From positions 1 to 64,000 of the forward strand of contig OZ252098.1 of assembly GCA_965248355.1 (NCBI GenBank): a DNA stretch of 64,000 nucleotides. The letters run 5' to 3'. This DNA comes from Candidatus Latescibacterota bacterium (GTDB taxonomy: Bacteria; Latescibacterota; UBA2968; UBA8231). A program made the position numbers and the translations under genes. Below the pieces are notes generated by a model that was not told where the DNA came from, did not search any database, and was given only the letters and a program-made list of their open reading frames with translations. Positions 9,017 through 18,792 of the stretch are shown piece by piece. Within the stretch, counting starts at the first letter, position 1, and every line of letters begins with the position of its first letter.

Positions 9017-10051
9017 TCAGCCTCCCTCCAGCGCCCGAAGCTGACCGGTCTCCGCCAGGGGCTCGATCTCGTTCTCCAAAGTGCCGATCCCGCCCTCGAA
9101 GGTCATGCGCACCACGTCTCCCGTCTGCAGCCCGTCGGCCAGATCGGCCTCGGAGAACACGATCGGCGTGCCCCAGTAGAGGGCCTGCAGCTGCCCCGGC
9201 TCGAGGGGCATCCTGCGGAAGAGGGTGCGCTCCATGTGCAGCAGGCCGTCGGGCATGTTGAGGTGGTCCCGGCCGGTGTCCCCCTGCTTGAAGCCGACCC
9301 GCCGGCCGGCGCGCAGGATCTCGCAGCTCACCGCGACCCGGCGGTCGTCGTACTCCTCCGCCGTCACCAGCAGCGGCCCCAGGCTGGCGCAGCCCCCGGC
9401 CCAGTTCTTGGCCTGGGGCAGGTTCAGGGGGTTGGCCGCCTCCATGCCGTTGTCGGTGGCGTCGTTGCCGCCGGTGTAGCCCAGCCTCTCCACCTGGCCC
9501 GCCCGGTTGAGCCCGTACACGGTGACCAGCTCCGTCTCCGGCACCAGGCGCTGCGTGTCCGCCGGCCTCGTCAGCGGCTGGCCGTGGCCGACGACGGCGG
9601 CGGGGTCGTCCTTGGAGAACAGCTCCGGCCGGCCCCCGGCGGCGCACTCGCGGTACTTCTGGTCGTAGACATTCACGGCCTCGCCGGTGGCCTGATGCGC
9701 CTCGATCTCGCGCAGCTTGGCGCTGTCCTCGTGGGTGACACCGGCCAGCCACACCCGCAGGCCGCGGGGAAGGTCCGCCGGAGCGCTCACCGGCTTCAGC
9801 AGGTGCGGGGTGTCGGGCCCCCGCCCCTGGAGCAGGTCGGCCAGGGGCAGGCGCCGGGCGCCGCGGGCGGCCCGGGCGGCGTCATCCAAGGCAGCGTTGA
9901 AGCCGCCGGTGTCGCCGCCGCCGCCGTAGTAGAGCTCGTATACCGAGCCGGGGCCGTCCCCCTCGCTCAAGTCGATCACCTCCTCGCCGTCCACCAGCCC
10001 CAGATGTCGGGGCCGGTCGGAGGCGGGGTCGCGGAACTGCAGCAGTCTCAT
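9017..10051 (-). CDS. Fumarylacetoacetate hydrolase (FAH) family protein
   Basis: RPELFSK, VPETEL, GYTGGND, NPLNLPQAK and GIGTLEN; ATG at 10051 with GGAGG. Confidence 0.85.
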   Translation of the reverse strand: MRLLQFRDPASDRPRHLGLVDGEEVIDLSEGDGPGSVYELYYGGGGDTGGFNAALDDAARAARGARRLPLADLLQGRGPDTPHLLKPVSAPADLPRGLRVWLAGVTHEDSAKLREIEAHQATGEAVNVYDQKYRECAAGGRPELFSKDDPAAVVGHGQPLTRPADTQRLVPETELVTVYGLNRAGQVERLGYTGGNDATDNGMEAANPLNLPQAKNWAGGCASLGPLLVTAEEYDDRRVAVSCEILRAGRRVGFKQGDTGRDHLNMPDGLLHMERTLFRRMPLEPGQLQALYWGTPIVFSEADLADGLQTGDVVRMTFEGGIGTLENEIEPLAETGQLRALEGG

Positions 10052-10065
10052 GGGACCTCCCGCGG

Positions 10066-10896
10066 TTACAGGAAGAGGGGAGGGCCGCCGGCCGGCAGGA
10101 GGCCCTCCCTCTCGGCGCGCGTCATCAGTTCCTCGATGGCGGCCCGGCCGTCGCCGCCGTAGTCGAGGGTGTAGTCGTTCACGTACAGCTCGATGTGGGC
10201 CTCCATGACCTTGGGGTCCATCTCCTGGGCCTGGCCGGCCACGTAGTCCCGCACCTCGGCGGGATGGGCATGGGCGTACTCGACGCTGCGCCGAAGGCCG
10301 TCCTCGAGGCGGCCGATCTCCCCGGCCCCCAGCCGGCGGCGGGCGGCTATGCCTCCCAGCGGGATGGGGTGGCCGGTGGTCTCTTCCCACCACTCGCCCA
10401 GATCGACGACGCGGTGCAGCCCGTAGCGCGAAAAGGTGAAGCGGCTCTCGTGGATGATGACCCCGGCGTCGGCCTCGCCGTCGCGCACGGCGGCCATGAT
10501 GCGGTGGAAGGGCATCTCCACGATCCGTTCGAGGCCGGGGGCGAAGAGGCGCAGAAGGAGGGCCGCCGTGGTCCGCCGCCCGGGGATGGCCACCCGCAGG
10601 CCGGCCAGCTCGCCGGGCTCGAGGCTCTCGCGGGCGACGACGAGGGGTCCGCAGCCGCGGCCGAGGGCGCCGCCCGAGCGCAGCAGGCAGTAGTCGTCGA
10701 GCAGGTGCCCGAGGGCGTGGAAGGAGACCTTCACCACGTCCAGCTCGGAGCGGGCGGCCATGCCGTTGAGGGTTTCGATATCGAGGAGGACCTCCTCCAC
10801 CGCCGGCGCCCCGGGGATCCGCCCGTGGACGAGGGCATAGAAGATGAAGGTGTCGTTGGGGCAGGGGGAGTAGCCGAGGGACAGGTGCTCGCTCAC
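10066..10896 (-). CDS. mqnD: 1,4-dihydroxy-6-naphthoate synthase (futalosine menaquinone pathway)
   Basis: SPCPNDTFIF, GALGRGCGP, IIHESRFT, DLGEWW and HIELYVN motifs; adjacent to mqnB. Confidence 0.93.
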   Translation of the reverse strand: MSEHLSLGYSPCPNDTFIFYALVHGRIPGAPAVEEVLLDIETLNGMAARSELDVVKVSFHALGHLLDDYCLLRSGGALGRGCGPLVVARESLEPGELAGLRVAIPGRRTTAALLLRLFAPGLERIVEMPFHRIMAAVRDGEADAGVIIHESRFTFSRYGLHRVVDLGEWWEETTGHPIPLGGIAARRRLGAGEIGRLEDGLRRSVEYAHAHPAEVRDYVAGQAQEMDPKVMEAHIELYVNDYTLDYGGDGRAAIEELMTRAEREGLLPAGGPPLFL

Positions 10897-11621
10897 GAGG
10901 GCAACACCTCCACCAGGATCCGGGCCGCCTCCTGGGCGCGGCGGCTGGCCAGGGGCAGGTCCCAGGCCGCCGTGTCCCGGTCCTCCACCCGGTTGCTGAT
11001 GGCGCGGACCTCCACCAGGGGCACCCCGTAGATCCAGCAGAGCTGGGCCGCCGCCGCCCCCTCCATGCTCTCGCACAGGGCCCCGGGCGCCCGGGAGGCC
11101 CGCTCGCGGCCGAGGGCGGCCGTGCCGCTGCAGGCCTGCACGGTGACGAAAGGGCCGAGGGCCACACGGGCCTCCATCCCGTCCTGCAGGGCCGCCGCCG
11201 CGGCGCGGGTCAGGTCCGCGTCGAGGGGGTATTCGTTGTAGCGGCTCTCGCCATCGACCTCGGCCACGGGGATGCCGATCTCGTCGGCCGGACGCCAGCC
11301 GGCAGGCGTGACCACGCCGAGATCGCCGAAGCTCTCGGCCGTGGCCACCGCAAGGTCGCCCAGGTCGAGGCCGGCGCTCTCGTAGGCGCCGCCCACGCCG
11401 AACTGCAGGACCCACGGAGGCAGCTCCATCTGCAGGCAGCGGGTCAGGGCGTGGGCCGTGTTCACGGCGCCGATACCGGTCTCCACGACCTGCACCGTCC
11501 GCCTCCCCAGGATCCCCCGCGTCCACTGCCGGCCCGCCACCGATTGCCGCAGGGGCTGGTCCAGGCCGGCCACGACCTGCTCCTGCTCGAAGGCGGTGGC
11601 GCTGAGGAGGAGAGGGGTCAC
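10893..11621 (-). CDS. mqnB: Futalosine hydrolase
   Basis: Nucleosidase fold with TGIGAVNTA, ESMEGAA and RAISNRVEDRD..WDL; overlaps the mqnD start. Confidence 0.9.
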   Translation of the reverse strand: MTPLLLSATAFEQEQVVAGLDQPLRQSVAGRQWTRGILGRRTVQVVETGIGAVNTAHALTRCLQMELPPWVLQFGVGGAYESAGLDLGDLAVATAESFGDLGVVTPAGWRPADEIGIPVAEVDGESRYNEYPLDADLTRAAAAALQDGMEARVALGPFVTVQACSGTAALGRERASRAPGALCESMEGAAAAQLCWIYGVPLVEVRAISNRVEDRDTAAWDLPLASRRAQEAARILVEVLPS

Positions 11622-11638
11622 GCCGCCGCCGCCGGCCG

Positions 11639-12625
11639 CTACCGCGGCGCCTCGAAGGAGAGCACGATCTTGGCGGGGCGTTCCTGCGCCGGCTTGTCGG
11701 CGGCCAGCTCGAAGGCGCGCTGGATCTCGGCGAAGGGGAGGACATGGCTCACCAGGCCTGACAGGTCGAGGCGCCCCTCCTCGATCCAGGCCAGGGCGTT
11801 GGCGTAGTCGTCGTAGGGCTGGTCGCCGGCGTTGAGCGTCATCACCAGGTTGATCTCTCGGCGCTGCATCTCAAGCAGGGGCAGATCGAGGACGCCCTCC
11901 GCCACCTGCTTGTCGGGCACCCCGAAGCCGATGACGGCGCCGCCCCGGCGGCACAGGCATGCGGCGGCGCCGTAGGTCTCCGCGTCGCCCACGGCCTCCA
12001 CCACGAGGTCGGCCATGGCCCCGTCCGTGATGTCGGCGATCGCCTTGGCGGGATCGGCGGCCCCGGGGTCGATGGTGTGGGTGGCCCCCATGCGCGAGGC
12101 GAGTTCGCGCCGCCAGGAGAGGGGCTCCACGGCGACGATGTCGCGGGCCCCGAGGTTGCGCAGCACCGCCGTGAACAGCAGCCCCGCCGGCCCCTGGCCG
12201 AGGACCACGGCGCTCTGGTTGATGACGTTGCCGAGCTTGCGGAAGGGGCGGATGACGGTGCCCAGGAGCTGGGTCAGCAGCATCCGCTCGGCCACCTCCT
12301 CCGAAGGCAGCCTCAGCAGCCCCTGGTCCAGGGTGAGCACGGACTCCTGGAACAGGCCGTGGACGCGGTCGAAGCCCCACAGCAGGACCCGCTCGCCCTC
12401 GGCGTAGGATCCCGAGGGACAGCTCTCGACGCGGCCGATGCCCTCGTGGCCGGTGCCGCCCGCGGCCTTGGGAAAGCCGGGGTGGACGCCGAGGAACTCG
12501 GGCAGGTCGCTGCCGCAGACGGCGACCTGCTCCAGGCGCACGCGCATCTGCCCCGCCCCCGGGACCGGCTCGTCCACGTCGATGAATTCCCAGGCGCGAG
12601 TGGCGCGCAGGCGGGCGGCCTTCAA
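11639..12625 (-). CDS. Zinc-binding (MDR) dehydrogenase
   Basis: VCGSD, GHEGIG and GQGPAG; TTG start overlaps the ABC gene stop. Confidence 0.88.
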   Translation of the reverse strand: MKAARLRATRAWEFIDVDEPVPGAGQMRVRLEQVAVCGSDLPEFLGVHPGFPKAAGGTGHEGIGRVESCPSGSYAEGERVLLWGFDRVHGLFQESVLTLDQGLLRLPSEEVAERMLLTQLLGTVIRPFRKLGNVINQSAVVLGQGPAGLLFTAVLRNLGARDIVAVEPLSWRRELASRMGATHTIDPGAADPAKAIADITDGAMADLVVEAVGDAETYGAAACLCRRGGAVIGFGVPDKQVAEGVLDLPLLEMQRREINLVMTLNAGDQPYDDYANALAWIEEGRLDLSGLVSHVLPFAEIQRAFELAADKPAQERPAKIVLSFEAPR

Positions 12626-14427
12626 GGCCTCGGCCCCTGCGCGCCGGGGCTCACCAGAAAGCCCTCGGCCTGCATATTGAACAATTCGGCGTAGAGTCCG
12701 TCTTGAGCCATCAACTCCCCATGGCTGCCGCGCTCGATGATGCGCCCCTGTTGAAATACGTAGATGGCATCCGCCATGCGGACGGTCGAAAAGCGATGGG
12801 AGATGAGAATGGTGGTCTTGCCGGAAGTCAGTTCGAGGAAACGCTGGAAAATGTCGTACTCGGCGCGGGCGTCGAGGACGCTGGTGGGCTCGTCCAGAAC
12901 GAGAATGTCGGACTGGCGGAAGAAGGCGCGCGCCAGGGCGATCTTCTGCCACTGCCCCCCCGACAGGTCGGTGCCGCTCTCGAACCAGGAGCCGATGCGA
13001 GTCTGATAGCCCTCGTCCAGCGTCTCGATGAATTCGTGCAAGCCGGCTTTCTCGGCCGCGGCCTTGATGCCTTCCAGATCGTCGAGACGGTCGTATTGCG
13101 CGTAGCCGATGTTCTCGGCCACCGTCCGGTGGTAGCGCATATAGTCCTGAAAGATGACGCCGAAGCGCCGGCGGTACGTCTCCACGTTGTATTCGCGCAG
13201 GTCGCGGCCCCCGAGATGAATTCGTCCTTCCGTTGGATCGTAGAGCCGGGTCAGCAGCTTGACGAAGGTCGTCTTGCCGGAGCCGTTCTCGCCCACCAGG
13301 GCGATGCGCTCGCCGGGGCGAATGGTCAGCGACACCCCTTCGACTGCGGGTTGGTCACTCGTCGGATAGGTCAGGGAGACGTCTTCGAACACAATCCCCG
13401 AGCCGAGATCGGCCGGCACGGTGGGAAGGTCGGGCTCGGATCTGATCTGCGGTTGTATGTCGAGAAAGGCCTGGAAGCCCTGGATGCCTTCGAGCGAGCG
13501 TTCCCAGGCCCACGCCATTCTGCCGATGCCCGCCACGGCCTTCTGAGCGATGAAGACCACGACAAGGGCCATGAGCGCCAGCCCCAGGGAGATCTCCCTG
13601 GCCGTTACCTGCTCGACGAGCCAGTACCCGAAACCGAGGGCGACCGCCAGGAAAGGCAGGTAGAAGACCAGGTTTTTGGCCGCCTCTCCGATGGTGAACA
13701 GTTGCTTGCGGTAGTGCCGGTCGGCCAACTCCTCGGCCAGGCCCCTGAGATAGGGGACGAGACCAAACAGACGGATCTCTTTGGCAGGAGGCTGGTCTGA
13801 GAGCAGGTGCTCGAGGTAGTACATGGGGTTCCATTCCTCATCCCGGGATTCCTCTTTCGGGCGAGTCAGCCACTTGAAGAGATGCACGGCCAGCAGGGCC
13901 GCGGCGGCCGCAAAGATCGGCCAGCCGATCAGGGTGCAGAGAACGACCAGCCCCACCGCCTGCACGCCCAGGAAGATGAAGTCATATATGGAATCCATCA
14001 CCCCGCAGACGGTGTATTCGAGTCCGTGCCGGTTCTTCAACAGGTCCCGCTGGCCGGCCGCTTCGATTTCTACCAGGTCGAGCGCCGCGGACTTGGCGAT
14101 GAACTCGCGGCGCAAGAGCAGTTCGAGGTGAAACGCTGCCCGCGAACCCAGCCAAAGGGCCAGCTGCCGCCCAACAGCCTCCGTGGCCAGCAAGCCCCCG
14201 GCCAGCAGCGCCAGCCGGGTCAGCACCTGTTCGCTCTGCTGCGGCTCCTCGATCGCTGCCATGAGCCAGTCCACCCCCCACCAGATGGCAGCGCAGCGTA
14301 GAATGACGAACAGCCCATGGATCACCGAGAAAACGGCGCGGGCCACGAACAGGGCGGGAGAGGCTTCCCGCGACTTTCGGGTCGTCCACCGTATCACGTA
14401 CAGCCATTCGTCCATTGTCGTTGTCAT
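12622..14427 (-). CDS. ABC transporter, fused permease/ATP-binding
   Basis: N-terminal TM helices; GENGSGKT, LSGGQWQ, ILVLDEPT and ISHRFS. Confidence 0.93.
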   Translation of the reverse strand: MTTTMDEWLYVIRWTTRKSREASPALFVARAVFSVIHGLFVILRCAAIWWGVDWLMAAIEEPQQSEQVLTRLALLAGGLLATEAVGRQLALWLGSRAAFHLELLLRREFIAKSAALDLVEIEAAGQRDLLKNRHGLEYTVCGVMDSIYDFIFLGVQAVGLVVLCTLIGWPIFAAAAALLAVHLFKWLTRPKEESRDEEWNPMYYLEHLLSDQPPAKEIRLFGLVPYLRGLAEELADRHYRKQLFTIGEAAKNLVFYLPFLAVALGFGYWLVEQVTAREISLGLALMALVVVFIAQKAVAGIGRMAWAWERSLEGIQGFQAFLDIQPQIRSEPDLPTVPADLGSGIVFEDVSLTYPTSDQPAVEGVSLTIRPGERIALVGENGSGKTTFVKLLTRLYDPTEGRIHLGGRDLREYNVETYRRRFGVIFQDYMRYHRTVAENIGYAQYDRLDDLEGIKAAAEKAGLHEFIETLDEGYQTRIGSWFESGTDLSGGQWQKIALARAFFRQSDILVLDEPTSVLDARAEYDIFQRFLELTSGKTTILISHRFSTVRMADAIYVFQQGRIIERGSHGELMAQDGLYAELFNMQAEGFLVSPGAQGPRP

Positions 14428-14598
14428 GGGTCGGTCTCCTGTTGACAGCGGATCCGGGGAAGGCGATCACGGCGGTCCCAACCGGTGGGCGTTACAAGAA
14501 GCCCACCCCTCTCGCGAGCTGTCAACAGGGGCCAGGGCGAGGTTGACGCTCCCGGGCCGGGCCGATAGACTCGGCGCCATCACCAGAGGAGGCAGTCC

Positions 14599-15693
14599 AT
14601 GCCGCAGCTATTCGGCCGCCGCTACAGCCGGCGGCAGGTGCAGGATCTCGTGGGGGACATGAGCCAGGTGGCCGGCGTCCGCCGCGCCGAGCTGGTGGAG
14701 GGCAACGAGCGCGGCGCCGGGCTCGTGGAGGTCTTCAACGCCTCCGGCCTCTGTCTCTCGGTGCTGCCCGGGCGCGCCCTCGACATCGCCTCCGCCCACT
14801 ACAAGGGGATGTCCCTGTGCTTTCGGTCGAAGACGGGGGACGTGGGGCCGGCCTTCTACGAGCCCCCCGGCGAGGGCTGGATGCGGGGCTCCTTCCTCGG
14901 GCTGCTGACGACCTGCGGCCTCACCTTCGTCGGCCATGCCGAGGTCGACCCGGAGGAGGAGAACGAGGAGCTGGGCCTGCACGGACGGCTGTCCTACATC
15001 CCGGCCAAGGATGTCCATGCCCGCGGCGGCTGGGAGGGCGAGGAGTACGTCCTCCGCATCGGGGGCCGCATGCGCGAGCACATCATGTTCGGCCATTGCC
15101 TGGAGATGACCCGCGAGATCTCCATGGTCCTCGGCGAGCGCCGCTTCCACATCCACGACCGCGTCGAGAACCTGGGCGCCGACCCGTCGCCGCTGATGGT
15201 CCTCTACCACACGAACCCGGGCTGGCCGCTGCTGGACCGGGGCACCCGCCTGGTCCTGCGCTCCAACGGGACCACCGAGTGGACGGCGGACCGCGAGGTG
15301 GGGCCCGAGGCCTACACCACCGCCGCCGCACCCCGCCAGCGGGTGCGGGACGACGTCTACGTGCACCGGCCCCGCGCCGACCGCCGGGGCCGGGTCCACG
15401 TGGGCCTGGTGAACGACCGGCTCGGCCTGGGCCTCTACTGGCGCTTTCCGGTTGCGGAGATCCCCCTGCTCTCCCAGTGGCAGCACTTCCACCGGGGGAC
15501 CTACGTGACCGGCATCGAGCCCGGCAACTGCTCCGCCCTCGGCCGCGCCTGGAACCGCGCCAACGGCTCCCTGGAGCACCTCGATCCGGGGGCCGTCCGC
15601 GACTTCCACCTGGAGATGGGGGTCCTCGACGGCGCCGAGGAGATCAGAGCCTTCGAGGAGAAGCACGGCCCCGGCGGCGGGGAGTCCGCCTGA
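14599..15693 (+). CDS. Aldose 1-epimerase-like protein (DUF4432)
   Basis: GRALDI, GLLTTCGL, GLHGR, LYHTN.G and YVTGIEPGN. Confidence 0.85.
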   Translation: MPQLFGRRYSRRQVQDLVGDMSQVAGVRRAELVEGNERGAGLVEVFNASGLCLSVLPGRALDIASAHYKGMSLCFRSKTGDVGPAFYEPPGEGWMRGSFLGLLTTCGLTFVGHAEVDPEEENEELGLHGRLSYIPAKDVHARGGWEGEEYVLRIGGRMREHIMFGHCLEMTREISMVLGERRFHIHDRVENLGADPSPLMVLYHTNPGWPLLDRGTRLVLRSNGTTEWTADREVGPEAYTTAAAPRQRVRDDVYVHRPRADRRGRVHVGLVNDRLGLGLYWRFPVAEIPLLSQWQHFHRGTYVTGIEPGNCSALGRAWNRANGSLEHLDPGAVRDFHLEMGVLDGAEEIRAFEEKHGPGGGESA

Positions 15694-15697
15694 GGTC

Positions 15698-16873
15698 TCA
15701 GGCGCCGAGGACCTGCCGGTAGCAGTCGATCACGCGCCGGGCCACCCGGTCCTCGGTGTAGCGCGCCACCACCCGCTCGCGGGCCGCCCGCCCCATCTGC
15801 CGGCGGGTGGGCTCGTCCTCCAGCAGGCCGCCCACCGCCACCGCCAGCGCCGCCGGGTCGCGCACCGGCGTCAGCCTTCCCGTGACGCCGTCGACGACGA
15901 TCTCGCGGCAACCGCGGATGTCGCAGGCCACCGCCGGCCGCGCCATGGCCGCCGCCTCCAGCAGCGAGCGCGAGAGCCCCTCCCGGTGCGAGGCCAGGAC
16001 GAAGAGGTCCATGGCCGCGTACAGCGCCGGCATGTCGTCCCGTCCCTGCAGGACGGCGCAGCGGTCGGCGACGCCGTGGGCCCGGGCCAGCTCCACCGGG
16101 TCGACGGCGTCGGACTGCTCCGGCTCGAAGAGCCCGACCACGAGGAAGCGCACGTCCTCCCGCTGCCGGGCGACGCGGCCGGCCATCTCGAAGAACTCGG
16201 CGTAGCCTTTTTCCCGCACCAAACGGCCCGTGGTGCCCACCACCAGGTGATCCCCGTCCCAGCCCAGCTCCTCCCGCCGGAGGGCACCGGCCTCCGGGTC
16301 GGCCTCCGGATCGAAGTACGACTCGTCGACGCCGTTGCCCACCAGGTGCAGGCGGTCGGCGGCCTTGAAGCCGTGGGCCCGCGCGTACTCCAGATCCTCC
16401 TCGACCTGGAACAGCAGGTGATGGCACCAGCCCGCCGTCCAGCGCTCCGCCGCCAGGGCCGCGGCCCGGTGCAGGCCCCGCGTGTGGTCGTGGAAGAGGA
16501 AGCCGTGGACGGTGTGCAGCACCCGGGGGGCGCCGGCCAGGCGCGCCGAGGGCGGCCCCAGGAGGCCGCCCTTGGGATTGTGGGTGTGGAGGATGTCGTA
16601 GCCGCCGCGGCGCACGGCGCGGAACAGGTCGGCGGCGCAGCGGGCGTCGGCCAGGGGCGAGATCTCGCGCTCGAAGGTCTGATAGTGGACTTGCACGCCG
16701 AGGCTGGAGAGGGCTGCCTCGTAGTCGACGCCGCCGGCGGCGCCGGAGTCGGGGGCGCGGCCGCAGAGCAGGTGGATCTCGTACCCGGCGTCGGTCAGGC
16801 GCCCCAGACGGCGGCGCAACAGCAGGTAGGCGATGCGGTCCGTGGGGACCACGTGGGCGACGCGGGCGCCCAT
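15698..16873 (-). CDS. Glycosyltransferase family 4
   Basis: HTHNPKGG, GRLVREKG and REGLSRSLLEA. Confidence 0.92.
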   Translation of the reverse strand: MGARVAHVVPTDRIAYLLLRRRLGRLTDAGYEIHLLCGRAPDSGAAGGVDYEAALSSLGVQVHYQTFEREISPLADARCAADLFRAVRRGGYDILHTHNPKGGLLGPPSARLAGAPRVLHTVHGFLFHDHTRGLHRAAALAAERWTAGWCHHLLFQVEEDLEYARAHGFKAADRLHLVGNGVDESYFDPEADPEAGALRREELGWDGDHLVVGTTGRLVREKGYAEFFEMAGRVARQREDVRFLVVGLFEPEQSDAVDPVELARAHGVADRCAVLQGRDDMPALYAAMDLFVLASHREGLSRSLLEAAAMARPAVACDIRGCREIVVDGVTGRLTPVRDPAALAVAVGGLLEDEPTRRQMGRAARERVVARYTEDRVARRVIDCYRQVLGA

Positions 16874-16879
16874 CCTGGG

Positions 16880-17719
16880 TCAGATCCCCGCCTGGGCGAA
16901 GACCTTGTCGAGGGCGGCCCGCGTGGCGGCGCAGGCCTCGTCGGGGGCCATTTCCCGCAGCCGCTGGCTGAAGGGCTCGACCATCACCGGGCCGTCGTAG
17001 CCGATGCGCTTGAGGCTGCCCAGAAAGGCGGCGATGTCGATGACGCCGGTCTCGCCCGGCAGGCAGCGCTCGTGGTCGAGCTGCTCGCCCACGGGCCGGC
17101 GGGGGGCGTCGTTGACGTGGACGTCCACGACCTGTGAGGCTTCCAGCCCCAGCAGGTGGGAGGCCTGCTCCCGCGCCGTGTACCAGTGCCAGGCGTCGAG
17201 CAGGTAGCCGCAGTTGGGCCCCACGGCGGCGCCTAGCTCCGCCATCTGGTCCATGGTGTGGATGAACTCGTGGCGGCGTCCCCGGCGGCTGTTGTCGGGG
17301 CCGACGTACTCCAGCCCGAGCCGGATCCCGTGGTCGTCGAGGAACCCGGCCGCCGGCTTCAGCCGCCGTGCGTGGAGGGCGAAGTTCTCGGCGTAGGTCA
17401 GGTCGTCGGAGGCGGGGGTGATCCAGGTCGCCGTGCGTTCGACCCCGAGGGCCCGGGCCGTGCGCGCCAGGGCGGGCAGGGCCGCCAGGTCCCTCTCGAA
17501 GTCCGCCTCGGCGCCGCGGAAGTCGACGGGAAAGCCGAAGGCGGAGAAGCGCACTCCGGCCGCCCCGGCGGCGTCGGCGGCGGCGGAAGGGCCGAGGCGG
17601 GCGGCCTCGGCGATGCTGAAGTGGCAGCCCTCGAAGCCGTGGGCGGCGGCCAGCCGCAGGCTGTCCTCCAGGCCGTCCGCGGCGACGCCGATGGCGCCGG
17701 GGCTCAGGGAGGTGAACAT
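16880..17719 (-). CDS. Sugar phosphate isomerase/epimerase (xylose isomerase-like TIM barrel)
   Basis: LGLEYVG, LLDAWHW, VHVND, R.LPG.TG and GYDGPVMVE. Confidence 0.88.
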   Translation of the reverse strand: MFTSLSPGAIGVAADGLEDSLRLAAAHGFEGCHFSIAEAARLGPSAAADAAGAAGVRFSAFGFPVDFRGAEADFERDLAALPALARTARALGVERTATWITPASDDLTYAENFALHARRLKPAAGFLDDHGIRLGLEYVGPDNSRRGRRHEFIHTMDQMAELGAAVGPNCGYLLDAWHWYTAREQASHLLGLEASQVVDVHVNDAPRRPVGEQLDHERCLPGETGVIDIAAFLGSLKRIGYDGPVMVEPFSQRLREMAPDEACAATRAALDKVFAQAGI

Positions 17720-17735
17720 CCGCCTCGCTCCGCCC

Positions 17736-18698
17736 TCAAGCGGTGACGATGTTGCGCGGCCGGCCCTCGAGAAAGGCGACGACGTTGTCCACGGCGCCGC
17801 TGTTGAGCAACTCGGCGCCCTCCGGGGTCTGGTCGGCCATGTGGGGTGTCATCACCACCTGCTCGCAACGCTTGATGGGGTGGTCCTCCAGGAAGGGCTC
17901 GTCGGGGAAGACGTCGAGGCCGGCGCCGGCGAGTCCCCCCGCGTCGAGGGACGCGGCCAGGGCCTCGAGGTCGACCACCTCGCCGCGGGCGCCGTTGAGG
18001 AGCACCGCCTCCGGCTTCATGCGCGCCAGCTGCGGCGCCCCGATCAGGTGCCGGGTGTCGTCGGTGAGCGCCACGTGGAGGCTCACGTAGTCGGACCTGG
18101 CGAGCAGCTCGTCCAGCTCCACGAACCTCACCCCCAGGGCCTCGGCCCTCTCGGGGGAGGGGTGGAAGGTCCAGGCGATGACCTCCATGCCGAGGCAGGC
18201 CCCCAGGCGGGCCATCTCGGCGCCGATGTTGCCGGTCCCCACGATGCCCAGGACCTTGCCCTGCACGGTGAGGTTCATGCGCCGCGTCCAGCGGTGCTCC
18301 CGCAGCTCGGCGGTCTGAAAGGCGGCGCGCTTGGCCACGGTGAACAGCAGGCCGAGCATGTGCTCGGCCACCACCGGCGCCGTGCGCCCCGGCTGGTTGG
18401 AGACGACGATGCCGAGCCGGCGGGCGTCGTCCAGGTCGATCATGTCGGTGCCGATGGAGCAGGTGGCGATCATCCTCAGATCCGGCAGGGCCTGCAGCTC
18501 GTCGGCGCGCCAGCTCACGGCGCCGCGGGAGTTGATGATGATGTCAAAGCCGCGGGCGCGCTCTACCTGCTCCGCCTTGCCGGCCGGCCGCGTCTCGTGG
18601 ACGGTGACCTCGCCGAAGGGCGCCAGGCGGTCGAGCTGGGGGGAGCCGGCGATCTGGGGCGGCTCGTCGCCGGGCACGAGGATCTTCACTCGGTCCAT
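17736..18698 (-). CDS. D-isomer-specific 2-hydroxyacid dehydrogenase
   Basis: GIVGTGNIG, LNGARG, GLDVF..EP and MTPH. Confidence 0.92.
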   Translation of the reverse strand: MDRVKILVPGDEPPQIAGSPQLDRLAPFGEVTVHETRPAGKAEQVERARGFDIIINSRGAVSWRADELQALPDLRMIATCSIGTDMIDLDDARRLGIVVSNQPGRTAPVVAEHMLGLLFTVAKRAAFQTAELREHRWTRRMNLTVQGKVLGIVGTGNIGAEMARLGACLGMEVIAWTFHPSPERAEALGVRFVELDELLARSDYVSLHVALTDDTRHLIGAPQLARMKPEAVLLNGARGEVVDLEALAASLDAGGLAGAGLDVFPDEPFLEDHPIKRCEQVVMTPHMADQTPEGAELLNSGAVDNVVAFLEGRPRNIVTA

Positions 18699-18792
18699 GG
18701 AATCGTCGTCGGAGATGGGTGGAGGGACGGGGGCGGCGAAGGCTACATTTGCCGTCTATGTCTGTCAAAATGCCCCCGGACCGCCGCAGAGC

